In this document: piece by piece, positions 51,397 through 60,356 of the stretch | Layout of the letters: every line of letters starts with the position of its first letter | Numbering within the stretch: position 1 is the stretch's first letter | Assembly: GCA_965249575.1 (NCBI GenBank) | Contig: OZ252244.1 | Coordinates: forward strand, 1,600,001 to 1,664,000 | DNA: 64,000 nt | From: Gemmatimonadales bacterium | Lineage (GTDB): Bacteria > Gemmatimonadota > Gemmatimonadetes > Gemmatimonadales > GWC2-71-9 | Direction of reading: 5' to 3' | The notes under the pieces: generated by a model | Seen by the model: only the letters and a program-made list of their open reading frames with translations | Databases searched by the model: none | Told to the model about the DNA's origin: nothing | Position numbers and translations under genes: made by a program

Positions 51397-51924
51397 GTGG
51401 CAATTCCGGTGATGCGTAGGACCCGGGGCAGACCCGTCGGGCTGCTCTGCTTGGCCTGTGCGCTCGTCGTGGCCTGCGGCGACGGCGCTCGTGGAGCGTG
51501 CGCTCTCCTTGCCAGGGGCGATGCCGAGCGGGTGTTGGGTGGTCCGGTCAGCGATCCACCGTTGATCGATGCGCAGGTGGAAGCGGAGCACTCGGACCGC
51601 GTCTCGACGTGCACCTACTCGATGGAGCGGGGAAACCCACACCGAAGCGTGACACTGGTTTTGGCTCGGCTCTCCAACAGCGAAACGACCGCGCCGGACC
51701 CATGGGACACTTACGTAGCGGACTTCCGGAAGCGGTTCGGCGCGCTGTTTCCACTCGAGCTGATCGATGACATCGGAGAAGGTGCGGCGTGGTTGCCGAA
51801 CTCCAAACAGCTCACCGTGTACGCACACGGTGCTCTGCTCACCTTCGTTATCGCGGGAGCCGTTGACGTCGACCTCGAGGCGGTCAAAGCGATGGCCCGC
51901 GAGGCCGTGGCGCGCATGCCCTGA
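51397..51924 (+). CDS. Hypothetical lipoprotein
   Basis: VVAC lipobox; ACALL...DAERVLG, CTY, IGEGA motifs. Confidence 0.7.
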   Translation: MAIPVMRRTRGRPVGLLCLACALVVACGDGARGACALLARGDAERVLGGPVSDPPLIDAQVEAEHSDRVSTCTYSMERGNPHRSVTLVLARLSNSETTAPDPWDTYVADFRKRFGALFPLELIDDIGEGAAWLPNSKQLTVYAHGALLTFVIAGAVDVDLEAVKAMAREAVARMP

Positions 51925-52017
51925 CGAAGCGACGATTCGGACGGGAAGCGCAATTGCTGAGCGCGGCGAGTTTGTAGAAGGAAGCCTTGAAGACAGCGAC
52001 GGTGCAGGTTCCGGCGG

Positions 52018-52401
52018 CTAGATGTGCACTTTGTCCCAGCCCCGCGAGACCCGCAGCACGCTGGCAACGACCCTTCGGAATTGCTCCGTCGTCGCGGACT
52101 TCGAGAGAGCCCGCAGTGCCCCATTCTCCTTCGCGGCTTCGAGCTGCCGGTCGCTCTTCCCTGAGACCGCGATCACGCGGGCCGCGGGATCCACCGAAAT
52201 GAGTTCCTTCAGCGTCAGGACGCCGTTCTTGACCGGCATGCACATGTCCAGAATCACGAGATCGAACGCTGTTCCGCGATACTGCTCGAGCACCGCTTCT
52301 CCGTCGGCGGCGTAGCACACCTCGTGACCCTCTTCTTCCAGCGCGGCGCCATACACCAACCGCATGATCTCGTCGTCGTCTGCGATCAGTACTCTTGCCA
52401 T
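52018..52401 (-). CDS. Single-domain response regulator
   Basis: VLIADDD, LDMCMP..NG, VSG, LSK. Confidence 0.9.
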   Translation of the reverse strand: MARVLIADDDEIMRLVYGAALEEEGHEVCYAADGEAVLEQYRGTAFDLVILDMCMPVKNGVLTLKELISVDPAARVIAVSGKSDRQLEAAKENGALRALSKSATTEQFRRVVASVLRVSRGWDKVHI

Positions 52402-52542
52402 CACTCGGCCCACCGGGTTCCGTTCGAGTCGCCCCACGGCCAGCCCACCTACTAGCACACAGGGGTGCGGCCCCCCGTGACATCGGTATCGGCAGGAGAC
52501 CGCACGGCCTTTAATATCGGGGCGGCGACAGAGCAGCCGCCT

Positions 52543-53007
52543 CTACTCGGGTGGATGGGATTGCCAGAGCACGTGAACGATCTTCCACTGGCCGTCGTAC
52601 TTGGCGAGCTGCATGTGGTCGACGCCCCAATCGGCCGTGAGTCGCGCGGTGGCCGTCTGGTCGAGCACGTCGAAGACGACGATTTCTTTGGTTGCGGTCT
52701 CGGCTGACACGCGGCCATCGGCGTTCCAAGTCTCGGCGATCTCGACGAGCTGGTCGAACGACATCGGCGAGGTCTCATACGGCTGGTCGGCCGTACGCCA
52801 GTACCCAAGCTTGACGAGGTCCGGATGAACGCTCTGCTGAATGCGGTCTGGCTCCACCTCGTAGATTCCTTCCACGTAATCGAGGACAGCCTGGGTCACG
52901 GCTTCCCGGTCCGCCTCCAGCGCGCTCTGCCCGGCGACAGATGACACAGGATAGAGCGACACCCACGCCAAACAGGCCCAGACACGGCTCCACACCAACG
53001 TTCGCAT
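52543..53007 (-). CDS. Secreted NTF2-like (lumazine-binding-like) protein
   Basis: Signal peptide, DYVEG, DHMQLAK.DGQWKIVHVLW. Confidence 0.8.
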   Translation of the reverse strand: MRTLVWSRVWACLAWVSLYPVSSVAGQSALEADREAVTQAVLDYVEGIYEVEPDRIQQSVHPDLVKLGYWRTADQPYETSPMSFDQLVEIAETWNADGRVSAETATKEIVVFDVLDQTATARLTADWGVDHMQLAKYDGQWKIVHVLWQSHPPE

Positions 53008-53098
53008 GACGGCCTCCTTTGAGTGCTGCAAATCTACCGGCGCCGCCGGGAACCTCCAGCGGAGGCGCTCGCGGCCTCACGCTTCCCGCTGACACGTT

Positions 53099-53998
53099 AT
53101 GCCCGAACTCCCAGACATCGTGGTGTACCTCGAGGCGCTGGAATCGAGGATCCTGAATGAGACGCTGGAGCAGGCCCACCTCAAAAGCCCCTTTGTGCTC
53201 CGCTCCGTACTGCCTCCGCTTTCGCTCGTCGAGGGACGGCGCGTCCGCTCTCTCAGCCGGATCGGGAAGCGAATCGTCATGGGCTTTGACGGCGACCTGT
53301 TCTTGGTCATTCACCTCATGGTAGCGGGGCGCCTCCGCTGGGCGAACCGGGCTCGTCCCAAGCCAACCAAGACTCACCTCGCCGAGTTCCATTTTCCCAA
53401 CGGCGTGCTCGCACTCGTGGAAGCCGGGACCAAGAAACGGGCGTCGCTCCACGTGGTGCAGGGCGAGGCTGAACTCACAGCGCACGACCGGGGCGGTTTG
53501 GAGGTGCTCGGGGCGGGCGTCGATGAGTTCAAGAAAGCGATCCTGTCGGAGAATCATACACTGAAGCGCGCGCTCACCGATCCACGCATCCTCAGTGGGG
53601 TGGGCAACGCCTATTCCGATGAAATCCTGCACGCCGCCAGACTGTCCCCCTTCAAGCTGACCCGGCAACTGGTCGACAATGAAATCGTGCGGCTGCACAA
53701 GGCGACCCGGGCGACCCTCCGCTCCTGGATCGAGAGGCTCAGAGAACAGGTCGGCTCCGGTTTTCCAACCACGGTCACCGCGTTCCGCAACGGGATGGCG
53801 GTGCACGGCCGGTACAAGGAGCCGTGCCCATCGTGTGCGAGTCCCGTCCAGCGAATCGTGTACGCCCACAACGAGATCAACTACTGCGCGAGATGCCAGA
53901 CTGGCGGAAAATTGCTCATGGACCGCGCACTCTCACGGCTCTTGAAATCGGATTGGCCCCGGACCATCGACGACCTCGAGGAACAGGTGCGCGGGTAG
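53099..53998 (+). CDS. Fpg/Nei-family DNA glycosylase
   Basis: N-terminal PELPD, HLMVAG, SGVGNAYSDEIL H2TH, CPSC...CARCQ zinc finger. Confidence 0.93.
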   Translation: MPELPDIVVYLEALESRILNETLEQAHLKSPFVLRSVLPPLSLVEGRRVRSLSRIGKRIVMGFDGDLFLVIHLMVAGRLRWANRARPKPTKTHLAEFHFPNGVLALVEAGTKKRASLHVVQGEAELTAHDRGGLEVLGAGVDEFKKAILSENHTLKRALTDPRILSGVGNAYSDEILHAARLSPFKLTRQLVDNEIVRLHKATRATLRSWIERLREQVGSGFPTTVTAFRNGMAVHGRYKEPCPSCASPVQRIVYAHNEINYCARCQTGGKLLMDRALSRLLKSDWPRTIDDLEEQVRG

Positions 53999-54090
53999 CG
54001 GGGTCTCTCCTATTGATGTTCACACCACCAGAGGCCCCGTGTCGAGGCCGAGCCGCCCGTCGGAAGGGCAAGCGGCTCCCGCATGGTCGG

Positions 54091-55339
54091 GTGCGGACGT
54101 TGACGACCCTCGTCGTTTTGACCTGTGCCGCCGGTCCCGTGCCCGCCGCGGCTCAGCATGCACGAAAGTGGTTCAGCGGGTCGGCGGAGGCTGTGCTGGC
54201 ATTGACGCGATCCGATCCGATCCCCCTGAGTAGCGACACCATTGAGTTCAGCGTTGAGCAGGCCATGGTCATGCTCAGCGCTGGGACGCGAAGCGGCCGG
54301 CTCTCTGCTCGGGCAACCGTCAATCTCGAAGGGTGGACGATCCCCAACGGCGTACTCACTGTTGGAGGGTGGGGCGAAGGGTTCAACGACCGGCGCCACC
54401 CGCACACGTACGTCCACGAACTGATGCTCTCGGGAACGGACGTCCTGGGTAGCGTCGACGGAGACGCGAGCGTTTCGGTTTCAGCCGGTAAGGGATTCGT
54501 CGCCTTTGGTACGGACGACCCGATGAGCCGTCCGGCGCTCCGCTACCCGGTGAACCACCACTGGAGCCAGATCCTGGAGGGGGGTAGTTATCGTGGGGGT
54601 CCGCGCGGGGGCGGTGGCAGTCGAGGGGACGGTATTCAACGGAGACGAACCCGAGCGGCCGGGGCAGTGGCCCCGTATCGCCGGTCGGTTCGGCGACTCC
54701 TGGGCGACCCGGCTTACCGTGTGGCCCGTCCCTTGGCTCGAGGTGCAGGGTTCCCGCGCGCACGTCAACTCGCCGGAGCACCGTCCGGGGGCCGGCACGG
54801 ACCAGCGGAAGTGGAGCGCTTCCCTCCGCGTTGAACGTCCTTTGGGCTCCGGCCGGCTGTATGGACTCGCCGAATGGGCTCGCACAACCGAAGCAGACGG
54901 GTTCTTCGAATTCAGCAGCCTGCTGGCAGAGGCTTCATGGGCCGCTCGGACGCAACGGCTCTATTATCGGATAGAACGGACCGACCGTCCTGAGGAGGAG
55001 CGCCAGCTCAACCCGTTCCGATCGGTATGACCGCACCTCGAGAATTCGATCGTCGGAGTCACCCGTTGGACGATCCACACGGCGGGGTATAGCATGGGCG
55101 CCCGCGCCCTCGGTGGATGGGCTTGGCTCGAGCCGCTCGTCGAGCTGTCTCATGCGACTGCTGCCGATGTCGGCGGCGGCGCGTTCGACACGCGCTCCTT
55201 CTATGGGAGAACCACATTTTGGTCCGTTACCGCCGGCATCCGCCTCCGCGTCCCGGGAACGCCACCACACCGCATGGGACGCTACGGAGTGCTGTTCCTG
55301 GCGCCCGCGCGCGCGCATACGCGAAAGGGAGTTCGATGA
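54091..55339 (+). pseudogene. Putative outer-membrane beta-barrel protein with a frameshift (G6 run, 54579-54584) and an in-frame TGA (55028-55030)
   Basis: Signal peptide ending AAA-Q; DRRHPHTYVHEL, PVNHHWSQILE / FNGDEPE...NPFRSV*PHLENS...HRMGRYG. Confidence 0.7.
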
Positions 55340-56571
55340 GACTTTTTGCTAAGTGCATCCGACGCCGACCGCCGAAGGCGTTTTCGGGTATGGCACTCAT
55401 CGGGTGCCTTTTCGCGTGGGCATGTGACGGCGATGAAATAGTGGACCCCAATGCCAGCTTGGCTCTTCAACCAGTCGATCCCTTGCTCGTGGCCTCCGTG
55501 CCGATACCGCCGAACTTCGGGATTCACGACACGTACGTGCGTGACGGCCTCGCCTTCGTGTGCGCTTGGGATACCGGCCTCATGATTTTCGACGTCGGTA
55601 ACGGGATTCAAGGCGGCAGCCCGGAAAACCCGGTGGAAATCTCGCGTATCGCGACGTCGGCGGGACCCTCCTTTGGTCCCCACGTCCACAATGCCTGGTG
55701 GTTCCACAATCCGAACACCGGCGAGCGCAAGTATGTCTTCGTCGGTCAAGAGGGTCCCGCCGTGATCGGGAGCTCGTCCTCCGGCGACATTCACGTAGTC
55801 GACGTTTCGGACCTTTCCCAGCCGGTGGAAGTCGCCTTCTACCACATGGCCGGAACCCCCGCTTCGGCGGGCACCCACAATTTTTGGATGGACGAACAGG
55901 CCGAAACCCTGTACGCAGCCTACTACAACGGTGGCGTCGTTGCGCTCGACGTGTCGGGAACGCTCGCCGGCGATCTCGCCGGCCGGGAAATAGCTCGAAT
56001 CGCTCCAGATCCAACCGCGTACACATGGGGCGTTCAACTACACAGCGGCTCGCTGTATGCCATCGACTTTCGGAACGGCCTGTACCAGCTCCAGCTCTCG
56101 GGGAATACGTTTTCCGTGTTGAGCGGCGGGAACAACGTCTCAGACCGCTGGAGCTCCGACCTCTGGCTTCACGGCGAGTATGCATATACCGGGACGTGGG
56201 GCGGAACGCCCCGAAATGGCGTCCCGGGCAACGCGTTGAAGATCTGGCGCTTGGACTCCTCCGGAGCCCCGGCGTTGATCGACTCGATCGTCACGCCCGA
56301 CATAGGAACCGTCAGCGATGTCCAGGTTAGTGACGACGGCACCCTCCTCATGTTCAGCGCTGAGATAGGCCCCAACGCGGGGGTGCATTTCTTCTCCCTC
56401 GCTGACCCTGCCCAACCCTCGTTCATCGGTAAGGCACTTCGCACGGAAGGGGTGCATACGTCGACCCTTGCGGACATCGGCGGACGCCGTTACGCGTTTG
56501 CGGCCAAGAATCGGGGTCCCCAGCCAGATCCGGAGCTACTGATTTTCGATGTAACCGATCTCGCCCCTTGA
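55336..56571 (+). CDS. LVIVD-repeat lipoprotein
   Basis: AWAC lipobox; LMIFDV, IHVVDVSD, VALDVS repeats; ATGA overlap with the upstream gene. Confidence 0.75.
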   Translation: MRLFAKCIRRRPPKAFSGMALIGCLFAWACDGDEIVDPNASLALQPVDPLLVASVPIPPNFGIHDTYVRDGLAFVCAWDTGLMIFDVGNGIQGGSPENPVEISRIATSAGPSFGPHVHNAWWFHNPNTGERKYVFVGQEGPAVIGSSSSGDIHVVDVSDLSQPVEVAFYHMAGTPASAGTHNFWMDEQAETLYAAYYNGGVVALDVSGTLAGDLAGREIARIAPDPTAYTWGVQLHSGSLYAIDFRNGLYQLQLSGNTFSVLSGGNNVSDRWSSDLWLHGEYAYTGTWGGTPRNGVPGNALKIWRLDSSGAPALIDSIVTPDIGTVSDVQVSDDGTLLMFSAEIGPNAGVHFFSLADPAQPSFIGKALRTEGVHTSTLADIGGRRYAFAAKNRGPQPDPELLIFDVTDLAP

Positions 56572-56653
56572 TTCGGCCCGCGGGGAAGCGGGCTACGCAG
56601 GCACAACTCCACGCGCGGCCTTGCTGCGTCGCCCAGGACGAGGGAGTGATCGC

Positions 56654-58297
56654 ATGAACGCGAGGTGTTCGTTTCCACTGGTACTCGGTCTCCTCGGTGT
56701 TTCAGCGCCGCTGGTAGGCGTCAGGGGCCAGGAGCAACCGCCGAGACTCACTGTCGTCCTGGTCGTGGATCAGATGCGGGCGGACCACCTGACACGGTTT
56801 GCCGGCCACTATGAGCGCGGTCTCGACCGTTTGCTCCGGACCGGCGCCGTCTTTACCGAGGCACTGCACGACCACGCCCGCAGCGAGACGTCACCGGGCC
56901 ACGCAACGATCGCTACCGGCTCGTTCCCATCAGCCCACGGCATCGTGGCGAACGAATGGTATGACGTCGCGCTCGGCCGGTACATGTATTCAGTAGAAGA
57001 CGCCACCACCCGTATTCTCGATCACCCGGGTGCGCCCGGACGCTCCCCCAGCAAACTCCGGCGCAGTACCATCGGAGAATGGTTGAAGGAGTCCTCGGCC
57101 GGGAGCAAGGTGTTCTCAGTGGCAGCCAAGGACCGATCGGCAATCCTGTCGGCGGGTCGCCGGGCAGACGGCGTCTATTGGTACAACCCTACTGACGGGT
57201 CCTTCGAAACCTCGAGCTACTATCGGAGCGATTACCCCTCGTGGGTGGACTCGTTCAATCTCGCGCGTCCTGCTGACCGGCACTTTCAGGACGGCTGGAC
57301 GAAACTAAAGGCGGTCGAATTCTACTTCGTGTCGCGGGAAGACAGTTTTCCGGCGGAATACGATGGAGTTCACGTGACCTTCCCGCACGTCTTCAGCGAG
57401 CCGGCGGTCTGGGCGCGGAGATACGACGAGTTGCTGTACACTCCGTTCTCCGACGAACTCCTCATGGAGTTCACCCGGTCTCTGGTACTGAACGAGGAGC
57501 TCGGCGCTGACGAGGCCACGGATCTATTGTGGATCGGGTTGGCCGCCGCGGACTACATCGGACACCGATACGGGTCGCTCAGCCAAGAAGTCCAAGACCA
57601 CTTCTTGCGTTTGGACGGGTATTTGGGGGAGTTCTTCGATTTCCTGGACGGGCACATCGGCGTCTCCAACTACACCGTCGTCCTGACCGCCGACCACGGA
57701 GTGCTTCCCGTACCCGAGGAGCTCCAGCGTCGCGGCGTGCCGGCGAGGCGCGTGTTCTTCCGCACGCTTCTGAGCGACCAGCTCGATTCCGTCGCGAGGT
57801 TTGTCACGCACGACCTCGGCACCGTCGATCCTCCGTTTCAGTACGTCTGGCGCGGACTCGTCATCAACCCTAAGGCCACCGGGGGCACAGTCACCAGGTC
57901 CCGGTTACTGGACCTCCTGGCTGAGAGCTTGCGGCAGCTGCCCGTCATTGCGGACGTCTACGCCGCCGAGGCGACGTCCGGTGAAGCCGCAGAGCGCCCG
58001 TATGCCCGGCAATACCGGCAGAGTTTCTTCGCGGGCCGATCACCCGATTTGGCTATCCGATTCGCGCCCTTCACCATCATCGACGATTATCCCGGCGGCA
58101 CCAGTCACGGATCGCCCTACCGGTGGGATACGCTGGTGCCGCTGGTTTTCGCGGGTGGGGGAGCTGTGGCCGGAAGGCACCGCGTCGCCGTAAGAACGGT
58201 GGATATCGCACCGACGCTCGCAGAGATACTTGGCATTCCGGCCGCCCAGGGGATCGACGGCCGGAGTCTGCTACCGCTCGTTCTTGGAAAGCGGTAG
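56654..58297 (+). CDS. Secreted alkaline-phosphatase-superfamily enzyme (PafA/PhoK type)
   Basis: VVDQMR, ETSPGHATI (Thr nucleophile), KDRSAIL, DYIGH, TADHG, SHGSPY. Confidence 0.9.
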   Translation: MNARCSFPLVLGLLGVSAPLVGVRGQEQPPRLTVVLVVDQMRADHLTRFAGHYERGLDRLLRTGAVFTEALHDHARSETSPGHATIATGSFPSAHGIVANEWYDVALGRYMYSVEDATTRILDHPGAPGRSPSKLRRSTIGEWLKESSAGSKVFSVAAKDRSAILSAGRRADGVYWYNPTDGSFETSSYYRSDYPSWVDSFNLARPADRHFQDGWTKLKAVEFYFVSREDSFPAEYDGVHVTFPHVFSEPAVWARRYDELLYTPFSDELLMEFTRSLVLNEELGADEATDLLWIGLAAADYIGHRYGSLSQEVQDHFLRLDGYLGEFFDFLDGHIGVSNYTVVLTADHGVLPVPEELQRRGVPARRVFFRTLLSDQLDSVARFVTHDLGTVDPPFQYVWRGLVINPKATGGTVTRSRLLDLLAESLRQLPVIADVYAAEATSGEAAERPYARQYRQSFFAGRSPDLAIRFAPFTIIDDYPGGTSHGSPYRWDTLVPLVFAGGGAVAGRHRVAVRTVDIAPTLAEILGIPAAQGIDGRSLLPLVLGKR

Positions 58298-58341
58298 TCT
58301 CTTTCGGGGTCCACAAGCGGGACTGCTGAAACGGCGACGCG

Positions 58342-59424
58342 CTACATCTCGCACGTCCGACAGGGCCCCACCAGCTCGCCTTTCATCCTGCCCTCGTTGT
58401 CGATCGTCCGGTAGAAGTCGTCTAAGTATTCGTGGGTCCGCTTGATGGAACGCTCGTCGAGACCAGGCTGATCGGTGTAGAGCGCGTAGATGGCTTCCTT
58501 GTGCCCGCGGAACTTCGCGAGAATCGGCTCCCATTGCTCGGCCGTGCGGCAATTCGCGCGATACAGCCGGTCTCGCACAGATTTGATCGGCAGCCGATGG
58601 TCGGGGAAGGAGTAGCGCGCGTCCACGATCCCGGTCCAGTCGAAATCGTACGCGACCGGGTACACCGTTCCAGTCTTCCGATCCTGCACCAGCACGACGT
58701 TGTGCAGCCCGATGAGCGACCAATCCGTCGCGCCGATCATATAGAAGAACGACCCCACCAACGCGAATTGGTTCGGCTCTACATCGTCGAAGCGGGCGCC
58801 TCGCACGTCGAGTAGAGTCCCACCGTTGCGCTCCGCCATTTGATCTTCGTCTTCGATGACGAACGTGTACTTCGTGAGTGTGTCTTCCTTCCCCTTGACA
58901 TCGATGTAGGTAGTCCGCGCGAGCCGTGCTCGCAGACTCCAGGGTGTCATGAGGTTGTACGCCCGATACGCGAGATACTCGCGTAACACGTATTGCTCGT
59001 AGTCGTTGTTCTTCTTCTTGCAGGGCGTCACCAGCTTGAGCTTGTTCTGCTCCTCGAAGAGGGTGCCTTCGAGCTTCTTCCTGGGGAAATCCAAACGAAG
59101 GGGAGGGAAATCACAGTTCTTCTTTTGGCGCCGCCAGTGGCCCCTCGTCTTGACCTCGATATTGATGGTCGTAGGCGTCCCGTCCGGTTCCGAATAGGTG
59201 AACTTCGCGGGATGGTACTTCGACTTTACGGAATCACGGTCGTTGAGGAGGGTCTTGAGGTCAGTCTCTACGGTGAACTCGACCAAGCCGGTGGACGCGA
59301 ACAGCGGCGCCTCTACCGCCTCGTCTCCGCCCGTCGCGGTGGCCTGGGCCTGGATGTGTCCGGGACTGAAGAGCCGCAAGACGATAGCGGCACCGGCGAT
59401 CGAATGGAGAAAAGCGCGCTGCAT
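58342..59424 (-). CDS. Secreted CotH-like atypical kinase-fold protein
   Basis: GGAGG RBS and signal peptide; KTRG..R, KLKL, EYLAYRAY, IGATDW...HN, P.AYDFD. Confidence 0.65.
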   Translation of the reverse strand: MQRAFLHSIAGAAIVLRLFSPGHIQAQATATGGDEAVEAPLFASTGLVEFTVETDLKTLLNDRDSVKSKYHPAKFTYSEPDGTPTTINIEVKTRGHWRRQKKNCDFPPLRLDFPRKKLEGTLFEEQNKLKLVTPCKKKNNDYEQYVLREYLAYRAYNLMTPWSLRARLARTTYIDVKGKEDTLTKYTFVIEDEDQMAERNGGTLLDVRGARFDDVEPNQFALVGSFFYMIGATDWSLIGLHNVVLVQDRKTGTVYPVAYDFDWTGIVDARYSFPDHRLPIKSVRDRLYRANCRTAEQWEPILAKFRGHKEAIYALYTDQPGLDERSIKRTHEYLDDFYRTIDNEGRMKGELVGPCRTCEM

Positions 59425-59519
59425 AAAGCCTCCGAGGTGGAGCGACGCCCCCTGTTCCCGTGGGTGCGGGGCGATTGCGAACGGATTACTGCCGATCGGG
59501 CGGTGGCGGTGGCGCGTCC

Positions 59520-60332
59520 TCAGTGGAGCTCCACGCTCACCACTTGCGCCCCCCCCCTCTCCCTGAGCGTGTCGACGAACGTCTTGGCGTCCACGCTCTT
59601 CTTCAACTGAACCGCATATTCGATGACGTGGTTGCCGTCCTCTTCGTGAACGATCCCGCCGAACTTCCACCGCTTCAAGTGGTCGCCCAGCGCCGATTCC
59701 GTAACCTGCATCGCCGCGTCCACGTTGGTCGTGCGCACGCGCAGCATGGTCTCGAACCGCCTCTCGTCATCGTCGATCTCCATTTCAGGCTCGTGCCGCT
59801 TGCGACGTCGCCACGCCCGGTCGGCGAGCGCGTCGAGCTGCTCCGACGACATCGCTTTGAGAACGTCCTCGTCCAACTTGGCGACGAAACTGCTGGCCCG
59901 GTTGGCGTGCGCCCGGGCCCGCTCGAGCCGTCGCTCGGCCACACCGCCCTCGAAAACAGCCGGCGTGCGGCCGAAGTCGGAGTACCACAGGAACAGGATG
60001 ACGGCGTTGAAAATGACCGACAAAACCACCGCCACGGTGAGTTCGACGCCCGCCGCAAGGCCGATTCCCGTGGCGACGAAAATGTAGACCGCGTCCTTGC
60101 TGTCCTCGAGGGTGTTCCGGAACCGCACGGCGGCCACGATGCCAGCCAAGCTGAACGCCAGGGCCAGACTGCTCTTTACGAGCACCACAACACCGGCGAT
60201 GACCACAGGAAGGGTGATGAGCGTGTGGACGATCGACTGCCGATATCCCTTTTTCCGTCGCGTCATGATGTAAATCCACGCCACGGGGAGCGCGAGGAGC
60301 GCGGCCACTATCATTCCCACAGCCGCGCTCAC
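59520..60332 (-). CDS. DUF4956 membrane protein (possibly 5'-truncated)
   Basis: SLALAFSLAGIVAAVRFRNTLEDSKD..YIF...GIGLAAG plus a C-terminal soluble domain. Confidence 0.85.
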   Translation of the reverse strand: MSAAVGMIVAALLALPVAWIYIMTRRKKGYRQSIVHTLITLPVVIAGVVVLVKSSLALAFSLAGIVAAVRFRNTLEDSKDAVYIFVATGIGLAAGVELTVAVVLSVIFNAVILFLWYSDFGRTPAVFEGGVAERRLERARAHANRASSFVAKLDEDVLKAMSSEQLDALADRAWRRRKRHEPEMEIDDDERRFETMLRVRTTNVDAAMQVTESALGDHLKRWKFGGIVHEEDGNHVIEYAVQLKKSVDAKTFVDTLRERGGAQVVSVELH

Positions 60333-60356
60333 CGTTACAGCGTTCTTTACCTGCTC

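Noticed and set aside
55028..55030. Selenocysteine or Trp recoding of the in-frame TGA
   Set aside because: No Cys-type redox context; Arg fits better; TGA is a normal stop throughout the window and the gene also has a frameshift.
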